The notes under the pieces: model-generated | The model's database searches: none | Told to the model about the DNA's origin: nothing | Seen by the model: the letters and a program-made list of their open reading frames with translations, nothing else | In this document: in pieces, positions 42,096 to 56,300 of the stretch | How the letters are laid out: every line of letters starts with the position of its first letter | Position numbering within the stretch: the stretch's first letter is position 1 | Source: Blasia pusilla | Lineage: Eukaryota | NCBI GenBank assembly: GCA_050084515.1 | Contig: CM114271.1 | Span: 39,928,001-39,992,000 of the forward strand | Direction of reading: 5' to 3' | Length of the DNA stretch: 64,000 nucleotides | Program-made: the position numbers and the translations under genes

Positions 42096-44198
42096 TCGGT
42101 ATAAGATCGTGGGTGCCGCCTGCTGTAAATACACGTAATCTCCAAGATGAAATCTCCTAATCCCTTGACGATAACTTCCTTCACAAATGGTCGCGTACCT
42201 CAATGTATCTCTATGCTGAGCAATAGCTAAGTTCTTAAAGGCCATAGACATAACTCTATGAAAAATCTCCGTCCTCTCAGAACATGCTTGTACCCACATA
42301 TCTAGATCATCAAGATCTAACACCTCCGCCATGTCACGTCGAATAGCTACATGTAAATGAAGCTCTCTCCCAAAGAGCAAAAAGTATGGTGAAAATGTCG
42401 CCAAGGATGTCAGCCGACTACAGCGATAACCCATAACCAACCATGGCAAATGAAGGTCCCACTCCCTGAACTGTCCTCGCTGCAAGCCATACTTGTGTAA
42501 TCCTCTCTTTACCGTCTCTACTACTCTCTCCGCCAACCCATCTGCCTCAGGATGATCTTTGGACGTGGTGCGGTGATCTATCAGCGCTTGACCACACAAG
42601 GCCTGAAACTCTCCCCTCAACTTGGTACCGTGGTCTGTCAACACCTCCGCCGGTGCACCAAAGTGACTAAGCATACGCTCTAGAAATGCATAAGTTGTTC
42701 CCTCGCTCGTCTTTTCCGATAGTGCCACCAACTCTATCCACTTGGAGAAATGCTCCACCATGACCAACACGTACATATGATGACGCCTCGTCAATGGCAA
42801 AGGTCCCGCAAAGTCTAAACTCCATCAATAACATAAACCCATAATCGAAAAGGATGTAACTGCGGAGTGGGAGCATTGAAGGATGCTTGCACTCTGTCAT
42901 ATACCATACATGTGGCCACAAACTTCTGTACCCGAGTATGCATGCCGCGCCACCAAAACTAAACCTGGAGTAACCTATAAGTACCCTTTACTCCAAAATG
43001 CCCAACTCCTCATGGGCATGTCGCACTACACGTGCACGTTGGGAAGGATGAGGTACCACTCGTATCCTACCATCTCCCCATACCTATAAAATGTGAGTCC
43101 CCTCCCACTTGAACCTCTTGGCTCCTTGTAGGATCCGATCCCGCTCCCTAGCACTCACTGTGCTCGCTATGACGCCAGTGCGCAAGAACTCCAGAACCTC
43201 CACGTCGTCATGGATATCACGACCACCTCTCGCCTCCTCTCTGATCCCCGGATCCAAAGACTCATCATCTAACCCCACCATTGGAGTCATCACCTGTGAC
43301 TGACCTACCATAGTCAACCAACAAAGATAGGCAGACGCATGCCAACCGGGCACCATCTCCTCATCACTCTCTCTGTGCCATCAAGCTCCTATGTTGTCTC
43401 TCTGACTCGGACATGGGTTATGACTCAACCCATCTGCATCCTGGTTCAGCCAACCTGGCTTCATACTCCTATAGTAATAGATCCCACCTAGCAAGCATTC
43501 CCGTAAGCTTGTCGAACTCCATCAACCACCTCAACGGCTAGTGATCAGTGATAAGTGTGAAAGGGTTGCCGAATAAATAGCACCTGAAATGTGCCACGGC
43601 CCACATTGTAGGCAAGCACTCTCCCTCGTAAGAGCTATATTTTGCTTCTGCAATGTTGTTGGATTGGCTTGCGTAAGCCACAACGAACTCCCTCTCCTCG
43701 TCATCTCTCTGACCTAGACCCAACATGCTCCCATCTGTATGTAATTGGAATGGGCGACCCCTAATCGATCTCTGTAAAATGGATGAGGACGTCAACCTGT
43801 CCTTAAGCTCCTGAAATGCTCGCTCCTCATCATCTCCCCACAACCAAACCTGATTAAGTCTCGTCAACAAGGTCAAAGACTTTGCGATTGCACTAAAACC
43901 CTTGACATACCGTCGATAGAAGTTTGCCAGTTTAAGAAACGCTCGGACTCGATTCACATCTATAGGGCGTGGAATCTACGCAATAGCCTCCACCTTTGTC
44001 TGCTGAACGTCTAACCCACTCAGGTATATGGTGTGTCCCAAGTACTCAATTTGCTCCTGAAAGAATCTGCACTTGCCTAGATGTAACTTAGTCCATGTAA
44101 GTGCAATTGCCAAAACACCTCCTCCACGTGTCGCTCATGCTCCTCAATCGTGGAACTGAAGATAAGAATATCATCTATGTAACATCGCACAAAATCCT
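42096..44198 (-). pseudogene. Second decayed pol copy (partial RT, RNase H, integrase)
   Basis: CYIDDILI at ~44162-44185; PFQLHTDG, YEGECL, LTDHG, DGLAER. Truncated at both ends. Confidence 0.9.
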
Positions 44199-44413
44199 TG
44201 GTAACCTGCGCGCACAGGTTATCAGGGTCAGATGACCTCGTCAACAAGTCACCTGGCTGTGAAAGACCTCAATAGGAAAATTTTCAGAAACGACGTTTCT
44301 AACACAATGGACCTATCCTCAACCTCATCCAAAAATGTGGGACATTTGGAGTCCGTTGGCTCCTATGCCCTATCCACGATAGATCTCGGCCTATCGGCTA
44401 CTCAGATGTGACA

Positions 44414-44734
44414 CCTTGAGGTATACCCCTCCCCTCTCCCAAGCTCTCTCCATTGTAACCTATGCTCCCAAGTCACCTCCTTGGCTCTTGACCTGATGTA
44501 GGAGGTCAAGGGTCACTTACTAAAAATAAAAAGTTGACCATATACTCAAAATGGTACTCTCCTAAAATAGTAAGTTACTCCATATGGCTCCAAATGAGCC
44601 GAAACGAAGGGGAAACCTCCTCTCTCAGGTTTCCTGAGGCCTCAACAGGTCATCTTCAACCTCTTGAGTCTGTCCTCCACTACTCGCAAAGGCGTTGTGC
44701 TAGATCTCACCGATCTATCCTAAAAGACGTGACA
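44414..44734 (-). repeat. Partial 5' LTR ending at the GACA terminus
   Basis: Colinear with ~35783-36102. Confidence 0.85.
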
Positions 44735-46957
44735 AACTGGAAAGTGTCTTATTAGGGTGGCATGTTACCTAAAATAACTTCATGGGAGGCTGCCCTAAAG
44801 TTTGACTGCCCGATGATTAAAGTGACTCAACCATAGATTAGAAAAAGCAAGTGAATGTATTGCCGTAAACTTTGATAGAGCTCTGGTTCGCGATGCAGAG
44901 TTTCTACATGACGATACTGCGGTAACCACAGCAAGGTCGATTCTCCCCTCGATTTCCATGAATATCCTTCTTGTCATCATTGTTAAGTCCGAACTCTATT
45001 TCTCCTAGATTTTCCTCGAACTCTTGACCTTGAGCTTTATGAATGAAAGACTTCTTCAATTGTAATATCTCTACTAATCGTACATTAATTGGAGAGTATA
45101 TGTCTCCTTTCTTCACCTAGGGTTTCCAACCAATCCAATTATAATACAGGTCCTTAGGTAACTTAAGATCAATTTTGAAATCAATTATTGAATAATGATG
45201 GATAATTGAAATTATCCGCCATTTACTAATGCATTGCACGAGTATGAACTAATTGATATTTTTTTGTGTGATTAGAATTCAAGAGCTTCTCTCTACAACC
45301 TCCACTATTAGGCCATTTGAATCGGTTCTCTTTGTCTCCTGCTGCCAAATATTCTTGTGGCATCTCGGTGCTAAGTCAATTTATAATGTAGAAGCTCCAA
45401 AATGCAAATTAATCCATAGGAACTTCTCAACCGTAGGAATCGAATGGAGAATCAGAGATGTGAGCCATTAATAAAAACATTTGGATTCACTACACTCCGT
45501 ATTAGTATTTGTCTACTCTCTCCACTCCATTCCATAAGTATCTTTTTTCTAACTTAGTGTCCAATTTAATTGGACACTGAATTAGAAAGAAGAATTACAC
45601 TCTCCATCGAGTTTGAAAAAAACCCAAAATGAAGACCCGCATACTGGTTTATTTTTCCTTCTCCGACGTGGCCTTGAGATCCTATTATGTTTGTGCGATT
45701 AGATTTTAGAGATTTTATATTTTTTTTTCTAATGTGGCCTTGTGTACATTTTTTAAAATTTTTTAATATCCTTTTTTAATATATAATTAAAAAAGGATGG
45801 GATTCAAAGACCCTTCCTCCGGTTTTGAGGTGTACATTTTGATGACACATATAACACCAAAACAAAACTAACATAACAAAAGAATTAAACTAAGAAGATG
45901 AACAAATTAGTGAGATACCACGCGTGATTTTCACGTATTTGCATAGGACATATATTATGCTAGTTTTCTCTTATTTCATATCCACCTTCCCCGGGCAGTT
46001 TAAGGTTTGCTTCGCCGTGGACGTGAAACAACGACACGTCGCGATGTTGATTTCGGAGACGATGCCGGGAAACGACGCGCGGGCACGACATACGAATCTA
46101 TGATCGGGCTGTTGCGAATAGCGGCAAAGACACGTCGATAGGCTACTTTCGGAGAAAATACCGCGTAACGACGCGCGCGCACGATAGAAGATGCGAGCGA
46201 GTCTGGCTCAACGGCGGCGACGAGAAGATAGAGTCAAGAGAGAAAGCAGCCGTCCTCGTCGATAGAATTTGACCACGAAACACAGACAGGGCAAGCCGCG
46301 AGACCGCGTCAAAGAATCGCTAACGATAACGTCTTGTTCCCGCCTTTCGTCCAGGCGTTGTGACCTCGTGGCGCGACTCGGAAAAGGGCTTTCGTCGGCC
46401 CCGCCCAAAGCTCACGCGGACCCGTCCCCATTGGGGTGCTGCGTCCGTGCGTGCTCGAGGTCGGGACTCGGGACTGGAAATACCCCAGACAGCGACTGTA
46501 CGCGTATCTCACCTCTTTCTTTCTTCATTATTCGTTTGTGGAAGCGCTCCTCCTCCGGTAGATGGCCAATGAACAATGCTCAAGAAGCTTTTTCCACGCG
46601 TCAACTTCGGACTGGGAGTCCGGGAGGGGATCCGCGTCGACTCGCTAACTCTCGGGGACGTCCCACGAGAATTCGCTTGGGGGACTCCGTAAGAATGGAG
46701 AGAAACCGGGAAGGCTCGGTAAACTACCGGGAGGTCGGTGCGACCCTGGTACTCCGGTTGCCAGGAGAATCGATCTGATTTCTCCACCGGTACCGCTATA
46801 GAGTACAGACTGTCCGACCAGTGTGGCGTAACAGTAACGTGGACGAAGGGCTCGGAGCAGCGACCTCCCACGCTGTGACGGGAAACAGAGAGGAAGTTTC
46901 TAGTCAAAGTCTGTCGCCGAGATGCTATCAAGGGGCGCCTCCCACGGCCGTTGTAGG

Positions 46958-48004
46958 AGATGTATTTGAATGGTGAGACCTAAATTCATTCCATAGTGGT
47001 GGCCGGGTGGTCACAAAGAGTACGGGTTTGGAAACTTTTTCGTCGTTTCGTAAGTTTTTAACACGTAAGTTTTCCCGAATTCACATGTGTACAGGACCAT
47101 TTAATTAATTATTAAATTTATTCTATAGTGGTGGTCACATTTTGGCGGATACAATCTTATCTATTTTATTAAAAAAGGACGGGTTTGGAAATTTATATGA
47201 TGTTGACACATAAACCTTTTTAAATCTCCCATATTGACACGTGTAGAAAAACATTTAATTAAGTTCTAACAAAAAGGACTAAGGGATTTTTTCACCCGTG
47301 CTTATCTATTTTATTAAAAGAGGAGGGGTTTAGAAACTTATATGGTGTTCATGCATAAACTTTTTAAAATCTTCCCGTATTGACATGTGTAGAAGAACAT
47401 TTAACTAAGTTCTAACGAAAAGGACCAAGTGTACTAAGGGATTTTTTCACCCGTGCTTTGCGCGGGCAAGATGCTAGTAGTTCCTAAAAGGGATTGCGTC
47501 CTGTGCAGCCCGTGATAAGAGGGTGGAGACAGCAGATGGTAAAAGGATGGAGGAAAAGTATAAATACATAACTAAAATTCACGGGTTTAAATTCCTACAC
47601 ATAAATTTATTTTTTAAATTAAAAATCATTTAAATTAATTTCAAACAATTTTATTGATTAATTTTTTTAATTATTAAAATAAAAAATTATTTAATAATAA
47701 TAGAAATATCTCCATATTTGAAGATTTATTCACTTCAATCACAGGGACAGACGATGAACCTCCCCGTGCCTTTTATGACTTTGCAGGTTGCAACCAACGA
47801 AAAGTGTCTCGTTGGGGTGGCATGTTACCTATAACAACTTCATGGGAGGCTGCCCTAAAGTTTGACTGCCCGATGATTAAACTGACTCCACCACAGATAA
47901 AAAAGCAGGAGAATGTATTGCCGTAAACTTCGGTAGAGCTCCGGTTCGGGATGCGGAGTTTCTACATGACGGTACTGCGGTAACCACAGCGCGGTCGATT
48001 CTCC
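46958..48004. repeat. Paralogue of the sequence interrupted by the Gypsy block (35070-35450 plus 44740-44946)
   Basis: Shared ctaaattcattccatagtg and catgggaggctgccctaaagtttgactgcccgatgattaaa...ggtcgattctcc. Confidence 0.85.
47160..47477 (+). mobile_element. Non-autonomous Helitron (318 bp) with an internal tandem duplication
   Basis: 5' TC; 3' hairpin cccgtgc-ttt-gcgcggg then CTAG; inserted between A and T with no TSD. The empty site aatctta|tagtt is visible at ~35141-35152. Confidence 0.88.
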
Positions 48005-51000
48005 ACTCGCTGAGTGCAGTGCCGCTCGTCAACTTCGCCACGCCAAGTAGTGGCGAGCAGTAGCTGGACGACATGATATCCTAGCATGATACGGTCCGAA
48101 AACATAATCACTTTAGGCAGGCGAAAGGAGCGAGCACTACCTTTCTCGAGCGAAGAGCCGGCATTCTTGCTACGGAGTTTCAATACCGAGCCGATAATTC
48201 CGGAGAGAGAGCGAGGAGCTGATAACTTCCCAAGTGAGTACATCACACCCGTGCTTCCCACCTTACCGACTGCGTTTATTGAGAGTGGGAGGAAACGACG
48301 TCGGACAAAACTAGGCGCGCACGGTCTCTACAGGTGAGGAATTGGAATCTGGAACTCTCTGGAGTCCGGACTCCTTACGTGTTCAGCAGCTTCAGCTTTC
48401 ACGCCGGCGTTTCTGGCCCGCGCAACGCGTGTGATCCGGATTCCCGTCGTGACGATCTTTCGAGAAGGTACGTATCCGAGATTCATGTGGATCGCTGTGC
48501 ATTCGGAAGGCTAGGACTCCAGGGCTGGCACTCCAGCTACATTAAAGATTCCTCCGCTGAATTCGTTATGAAATGTACAGCACAGTCGATACATTCCCTA
48601 GGGTTCTGGTTAGTTCTAGCATGTACGGAGAAGTTCCCTGGATTCAGACACACCTCTGGTATGTACTGGCCAGTAATTTCGGTGACTCTGGCGAGTCTGG
48701 CGTTCTTTTTCGAGACTCTTCTTTTTCTTCCCTTTTCCTCCCGGGAAATTCAAATGAAAAGATTTGGTTCGTGGTTGCCGCCCCAAGCGGTTATGGCAAC
48801 TTGTGGTCATTGGGGAGCCGTGTTACCAAGGTATGGCGGGTGCATGGAGACGATGAAAGTTTGGTAACTCGTGTTTGCGTCCATGGCGGCACCACGGCAA
48901 CATTCTTCTAACATGGATGGTAGATCATATGGGGTTCTCTATAATCTAATCGCTATAACTGTCATTTTCATGTCTACGAATGAACGAGAGAAGGTTTTCC
49001 GACTTTTCCTTGTGGGGCACAGGGGATATGTGTGATAATGATAGACATATGTTTCAAGACTTGAGTTTTTTTTTCTCCCATCAAGAATTTGGTTATGATT
49101 TCTGCAAGTAAAGGTTGCTTTTATTGTTCTCATAGAGCTTATCCACTTCCTCTACATCATATTCAGGTGTAGTTCACTGACGATTTTTTAATACGTATTA
49201 TTTTGAGAAAACAAGACCTAAGAAAATATTATGAAAAGACTTCACACTGTTTTTATTTTTAATAAGGTCGCTTATAATAACACTGTGCACATGAGTGTTC
49301 TTTTTCATAGCATTTATAATACTATCATCCGTGTCCTAGCTAGATGATTCCATTACATCGGGATTCAAGTTATGCCATTGTTTTCATTGGCTTCCTTTCC
49401 TGAAAGAATCTTAATGAATTCAATTGTCAGTTGTCCACTTACCTACATGACTTCGACCCGGGGCTATAGTTTTAAGACTATTACAAATATTTTAAGACGG
49501 CAATTTTGTCGAGTTTATTCACACAATTTAAAAAGGGCCTTTAATTCCAGTCCTACTTTATCAAAATTCAAAAAGAAAAATGGAAATCGTATACCAGTTA
49601 TGGGGGGAATCATGATTCTCTCTACCCTTGCGCTCATTTATTCTTGGGATTTTAAAACCAAGGTAGAATTAGATAATCCTGATAATTCTTGAAAGAAAAA
49701 ATAAAACCATTATGATCCTCTCACCATTGGGTAGGAAGTTGTAGCACAATGGACAACCTTCCCTCCCACCCCCCCTTCAACACATGGGTTTGAATCTAGC
49801 TACTCGCACTTCATTTTGTCCTCATACCACTCCCCACTTAAATCGGATTCTTACCCTCTTGACCTAACCCAAGGATGAATAGGCACTTTGACTACCACAA
49901 TGAGTATTTTACAAATTTTCATCTAGTATGGACATAATAGGGCCCATGAAAACATTAATCTTTTCCAATCTCATATCGGGTCACTTTAACCATAGGTTAT
50001 TTTTGTATAACATAATACCGCTTTCATTGTTTCTAGGTGTTACAAGCACGAGACTCGAGTGAAGTGGACATAGTGCTCTTTGCAAATGAGCAAGTCTTGA
50101 GTTTGAGGTCTTGGGTTCCAAACTGATTCTAGGTTCCCCATTTTGTCGATTTTCCTCTTCAACTACAATTCACTTCCAACTTGTTTCACACTAACTCGAG
50201 GAAGAATAGGCGCGAAACATGAAAGGTTTATTTTTGGCCTTTAAGAAAAATACCTCAACATCTTTGAATAGGAATCCACATTGTTCCTGTTGTATATACT
50301 TTTGCTTGGGAGCATTTTTTGCCACGAGTTTGAATTTTTTTTTTCGGCCCAACCCTCCTAAGTCTCTAGGAAAATATTTCCACCTCGAACTTTATAAGAG
50401 AGCAAAAACATGCTTATGGCGATTCTCCGCATTCATGTTTGCCTATACACAACCCTTCATTTTCATGGTCGTAAAGTAACTTTAAGCTCTTGGGATTTAG
50501 TGAGGTAAAGTCCATTTTGGCCTTGCAAATCTAGTGAAAAGTCATCCTTATAAATGAAGTCTATTTGCATAAATGTGAAGATTTTCATAATTATTTATAA
50601 AATTTTGAATTTCCAAAATTTTGAACGATATATTATGAAGAAGATTTGTATATGTGATTAATGTAATTTTTTTTCTTCAATCATAAAATTGTCCTAAGGG
50701 GAGTTTTGAGTTTCCCTTCTTATATCAATGAGGGAATGTATAAATCATAAATTAAATAGTTTGATAAGCTCATGAGATGCACTAAAAGACCATAAAGCAA
50801 GATAAGAGACAAAATTTTAAATGCATTTTTAATGACTGAAAATCTAGAATACAATTTATTTAAAATCAATCAATATTTTTAAAAAGGTAATAAAAATAAT
50901 TTCCCAAAATAATAAATTATGACATTCATACAATATGCACACCCATATTACCATAGATATAGCCATACACATGTTAATTAGCCTTTTTCCCAATCATTAT

Positions 51001-52137
51001 TAAGATCACTAGGATATCTGGAGTGAATTTATTAAAAGAAATCATGCCTAATATTTTTAATGTGAGTTATATTAGATCTGGGTTGAGCAAATTTCTCTTA
51101 AGTTGAGGAGATAATTCTTATAAAAATAAAAGAGATTTTTGACTCAAAGTTTGATTTGAAGATGAACGAATCTTAAGCACTTGAACTATAAATATGGGCT
51201 CCATCTTTTGGAATGCATGTCCATGGACACGTCCAAACTTGTCCGTCAATGTCCGTCCTACTGATACACTTGTCCGTTTGTGTGCAACCATTCTACACTC
51301 CCCCACTTTTATCGTACATTATAAGATGCCATACTAGGTCCTTTTCAAGACACTTTCAAATTCAACATATTAGCAAATTAAGCGTATTCAATCATCATCC
51401 ATGGGAAAAATCAGGAGGAATTATTTCTTAGCGGTGGAAGAAAATTATGTATGATTAAATTAGAATACATTTTTTATATAGAATTTGTAGGTAAATTTTT
51501 GAGGAATAAAACTTTTTGCCGTTACTGGAATTCGCATGGGAGAACATTTAATTGTCATATTACCACTCCACTATCACCTTATTTCTATTATTGAATTGAG
51601 GTTAGATTCAAGAGGAATACGCAAGGGGACAAAATGTGCCTGTTTTGACAGAGAGAGAATCGACGTTGACTAAATGAAGTGGGAGACGAAGTAAAAGGGC
51701 ATTCACATCTACTGGAGAACCATATCTTAACCATTTTCATTAAGCCCTCTGTGGTCATTCTTCTAAAATGTAAAATCCCGTAAAGATATACTAGTATATT
51801 GCACATCATCAGTCATGCCTGTGAGCACGAGTGGAGGGTTTTTGGTGCACTATTTTGCGTATGTATGGCCCATCCCATCAATGGCAACCGACAACAACAT
51901 GGGATCGATGCCTCTAGTGACTTTTGATGGATGGTCTAGGATGAATGGGGACATCACCTCTGAAACCATTTGTTATGCCTAGACTTGTTAAGTCACCTCT
52001 TAAACACTACACGTATCAACACCAAAAGAGGAAAAAAATATACACGCATTAATGCAAGAGGAAAACGTTCTCAAACCCCACCCTCTTTGAATAATATAGA
52101 TTTAATTACATTTTGACCATAAATTTATATATTAAGG

Positions 52138-52767
52138 GGAATAAAATATATGTAGAAAAAAGATGGGAAACCCATCACGATACAAAAGAGTGGGCATGGA
52201 GACCCAAAAAATAGACCTCAAGAGGCCGGAACTGGCCCCGAGGAGAAAGAAGGGGGCCTTCCTCCCTAACGACCAAAATCACCAACAGCAGAGACAATAT
52301 CAACAACACCTAGAGAACTATGACTACTACTAAGTGGGCCTCTAGCATTGGCGTCTCCAACCGCCTGAGCCCGCCGTAGAAGCCCATTTTCCTGGGCGCG
52401 CTGCAAAGCTATGGAGATCCGTTGCCTACAATAAAGTATCGCAGTGGCTAAGGACAACCCATTTCTCGACTAGAGATGATGGGCACAATCCGTAAGGAAC
52501 GAGTCAAACCTCTCCCACATCGCCTCGTACATCTCAATGGCTAGGGGGATAAATCGATGTCCGTCATGAAGTCGACTATAAATGTGGGTCTTCTTGACCG
52601 CCGCCACCGCCGCTCCTTGTAGCAATCTCCCTTGTGCTACCACTTGGGCTCGCATCGCCTCCCGCGTAGGATCCGTCACTACAACATCCGCTACCACCAC
52701 CTCAGACTCCCTCGTCACGTAGAGATCAACACGGATAAGGGAATCCCGCATGGAGTAGTGCCTCTCT
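52138..52767 (-). mobile_element. 5'-truncated 3' fragment of the RLE non-LTR element, inverted
   Basis: Reverse complement of ~56455-57095; encodes VVVADVVVTDP, FIPLAIEMY and ISIALQRAQ plus the 3' UTR. Confidence 0.92.
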
Positions 52768-53309
52768 ATATATTAAGTAGAGGATATAATTTGTCAATTA
52801 TCAATTACTACACGAGTATCCGTGCATCTCTTAGGATACATAGGGTATAGGGTTTATCATATCCGTGTATCGCACCATCCCTTAGGGTCCTTATTAGTCC
52901 AATCAATTAGTTAATAATTACAGTGCGATCCAAACCACCCCTCATTTTCCATTTCTACTCTACTCAATTGGATTTGCCAAACCAGTTTAAATTATTAACA
53001 ACAACCGCGTTCGTAGATATGCACGAGATGCTTCACACATACAAAAATAGGTTAGGTTCGCCCGGAAATGGTGTGTCGAGAAAGTTTGTTTGACTTGTCC
53101 TTTCTCCCTGAAATGCTCTGCGACCACCGGAACTGCGAACATGGCACGTCTATCCGGCCTAGATAATGACTTGCAGATTTGGAGGAGATGGGAGGGCGCG
53201 GCGGAGATCTACGGGATGGCGGCGGGGATGGGAAGGAGATTGATGGTGCGATGGAGGATGGAGGGGGGTCGTGTGTTATATCAAAACGGAGACACCGACT
53301 TCCTCTACA

Positions 53310-56300
53310 TTTTGATCCGTAGCGTCAATCTTCTAGTGAAGTATTTACCATTTTATTTTATTTTGTAGATTTTTGTTGTTTTAGGGTTTCTCATGCAGGT
53401 ATTAGGGTCCTCTTTGTTGTCTCGTTTTGTTGTAATGCTTTGAATGTTTCCAAGACAACTCATATTGTTATTCCACACCACCCCTTCTTCTTTTTCTCCA
53501 TGTCCTTATTCTGTAGCCACACACGTTCCTCCTTCACGTTTGACCCATGTTTTTCTCCCTTATCCCACTCTATTCCCATCTATTTTTTCCATCTATGCTT
53601 TTTCCATATTACTAGTACCTTCATACTATCTCTACATTATTTTGGGAAGGGGTTGGGCCATATGTCATAGGTGAAGAAGGTAGATGAGAGGTCATACTAG
53701 GGAGAGCATTTCCGTGGACGGGAAGAGAGTCGATTACCTTTAGGGCTAGTTCGAATGGGGGTTGTGGGGCGGATTTTGGTGGGGTTTGTCTCTCGAGTTT
53801 GACGGAGGGGGTCATGTTCTCTTCTTGGTGAGAGGTGTCCATGCCTTGACTCACATCAACCCCTCGCGTAGGGGCTCGTGGGTCGTCTAGTCGGGATACG
53901 AAATGCCCTTGTTGTCCCGAATTCTTCACTTGTTCAGGAATTCGGAACCATTTAGCGGCTAAACATCCTGACTTTGATAGATTCGGATGGGTGGTTCCTC
54001 CAGTCGATCATGGATGCTTACCGGTGCTTCATGCATCATTGCCCCCTCCCGAGGCATGGAAGTGGTTGAGGTCCCACCTTGGCAGCATCACATGTGTCTT
54101 TGAAACCCATTTTCCTTGCCTGAGGTTGTTCCATAGGATCCCCCATGCTATTCGGGATGAGCTTCGCCAGTCTTTCCTCCTTCCCTTATCTAGGATCGCA
54201 CTTGATCCTATGGATGAGCTCTCGTGGTATCTACTACTTCTCCTTCCACGATGGTGTCTTCGCTATACCCGAGGAGGGAAGGCTGGCCATAGAGAGGTTG
54301 TGGCCCGATTGCGGCGCTTCCGAGAAGGTGATTGGGAGTCTCTGGAGAGCGAGTTTGTGGCATATGCCAGAGGTAGCACTCCACGTGGTTTCCTAGCAGA
54401 CGATCTTGTAGCAGCCAGATTGCGACGATGTAGGAGACTTGGGCGAGCCGGGGAGTACTCGCGAGCGGCTCGCGCGCTACGCCCTATGCATATGGCTCCT
54501 CCTTCCGCTGTTACCATCGATGCCCTCCGAAGGCTACACCCTCGTCCAGTTGTTGACATCCCAGCATTTGTACGTGACTTCCATTCTGACAGGACCTTAT
54601 GCCTAGACCCGTCCCTCTTTGCACGCGCACTCGGGCGTTCCCCGAGGATAGCAGGTGGAGGGTTGTCCGGTATGATGTACGAACACCTTTGTGATTTCTT
54701 TCCATCCGAGGACTCTGCTCGGCTTTTCCGAGTTGCTTTAGGTTGCCTCTCACCTAGCTCAGGGGAGAGTGCCAACAGCAGTAGCCCATGTATTGGGGGC
54801 GGGGCGAATTTTGGCGTTATCTAAGGAGAGTGGAGGGATCCGTCCGATTGCCATAGGGGAGGTGCTCTTGTGGTTGGTGAGTCACACTATCGATTTGCAG
54901 TTCCGTGAGGCTTTCCAGTCACATCTGAGTCCGCACCAGTTGGGAGTTGCCACGCCAGCCAGTTGTGAGGCTGTAGGCTTAGGTTTGAGGGCTTGTTTAG
55001 ATATACAACCCGAGTGGGTGGTTCTCCAAGTTGATGTGGAGAACGCCTTTAACTCAGTGTCTCGGGCAACTATCTTCACGGAGCTGAGAGACGCAGGGGG
55101 TACCATAGCGAGCCTGATTCCCTTCGTGCATGCCATAAAAAGCATGCACAAAGGCTCTCTATTTTCACCACGGTAGGTTCGAGGAGGAGGTCACGGTCTT
55201 GGAGTCTGCTACCGGGACGCGTCGGGGTTATCCCTTGGGTGGTGCATTGTTTGCTTTGGCTCATAATTGAGCGGTTCTTTCTACGGTGGAGGCTTTCCCG
55301 GGTTGCATTTTCCCTTCATTGGCAAATGATACTCACATTGTCGGCCTGGAGACTTGGTTGTTCCTACATTTTAGCACTTTTTAGCACAGTTGGCACACGT
55401 CGGCCTCGCGGTGAAGGTGGGAAAGTGCAAGGCTTGGTCTTCATTAGGCTTGTCAGCGGATATTCATTTACCCGACGGTTTTTTGACACCTGCTGGAGGG
55501 CTTCGCGTCTTGGGAGTCCCACTCGGGAGCTAGGACTTTGTATCGAGTTTTTTGGCGGCGGCTCTTACCAAGGATCTTCTTCATGTCGACGATCTCACGA
55601 GGATTGGTGACCCTCAAGTAGCTTATGGAATCCTCTCGTCATGTTTTGCCCGTAGACATGGTTATCTGTGTAGAATGGTGTGGGCGACTAGCCATATTTC
55701 TTCCTTATATATATCCTTTGATAGAAAGATTATGCAGGTGTTTGGGGATCTTCTAGGACCCGGCTCATTAGAGTGCCCCGCGGGGGAGTTAGCTCGTAGA
55801 CAGGCTTCTTGTCCGATTGCCTTTGGTGGAGTAGGTCTCATAGCGACTGAGTTAGTGGCGTCTTCAGCCTTTTTAGGGAGTTGGGCCACTGTAGCACCCC
55901 TCCTTTGCTCCCGATTTTTGGTTAGGGATAGACCGCTACTTTTACAGTACGTTTCCCAGGTTGAGGATGGTCTTTTCCCACTTCAGTCTTCACTCACAGC
56001 TTGTAGAGACTCCCTTCTTGTTGAGGCTAGAGCAGTTCTTCCCGCTTTCTCTTCCCTAGTTACCTCAGCATATCAGGCTCCAATCTTCTTTGATGGAAGC
56101 CCACTTTGATGCATTGTTTAGAGCTACTATGTCGGACGGGAATATCCCCATGGAGGTTCGGGCCCGTATTCGCTCTTGCTCCGGAAAGGGGGCAGGCTCA
56201 TGGGTGGGAGCTCGTCCCCTCATCCCGGCTTTCCGCATCGCACCACTTACCTACACTATAGCGATGAGGTTCCGACTGGGCCTGCCCCAACCAACAGTGG

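Larger units (their letters stand above)
35459..44734 (-). mobile_element. Composite Ty3/Gypsy LTR retrotransposon block: two decayed pol copies and three LTR segments
   Basis: Ends TGTC...GACA, flanked by AACT on both sides. The flanks rejoin to match uninterrupted sequence near 47770-47830. Domain order PR-DNMT-RT-RH-INT-PHD is Gypsy type. Confidence 0.9.

Noticed and set aside
41907-42800. 297-aa ORF that looks like an integrase with a novel C-terminus
   Set aside because: The tail is antisense read-through into the inverted 309-bp RT copy.
46000-46950. GC/CpG-rich region with overlapping ORFs
   Set aside because: No recognisable domain; ORFs on both strands are expected from GC content.
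48086-48911. Possible exon ending at CAG|GTGAG and following ORFs
   Set aside because: No homology recognised and no downstream exons could be linked.
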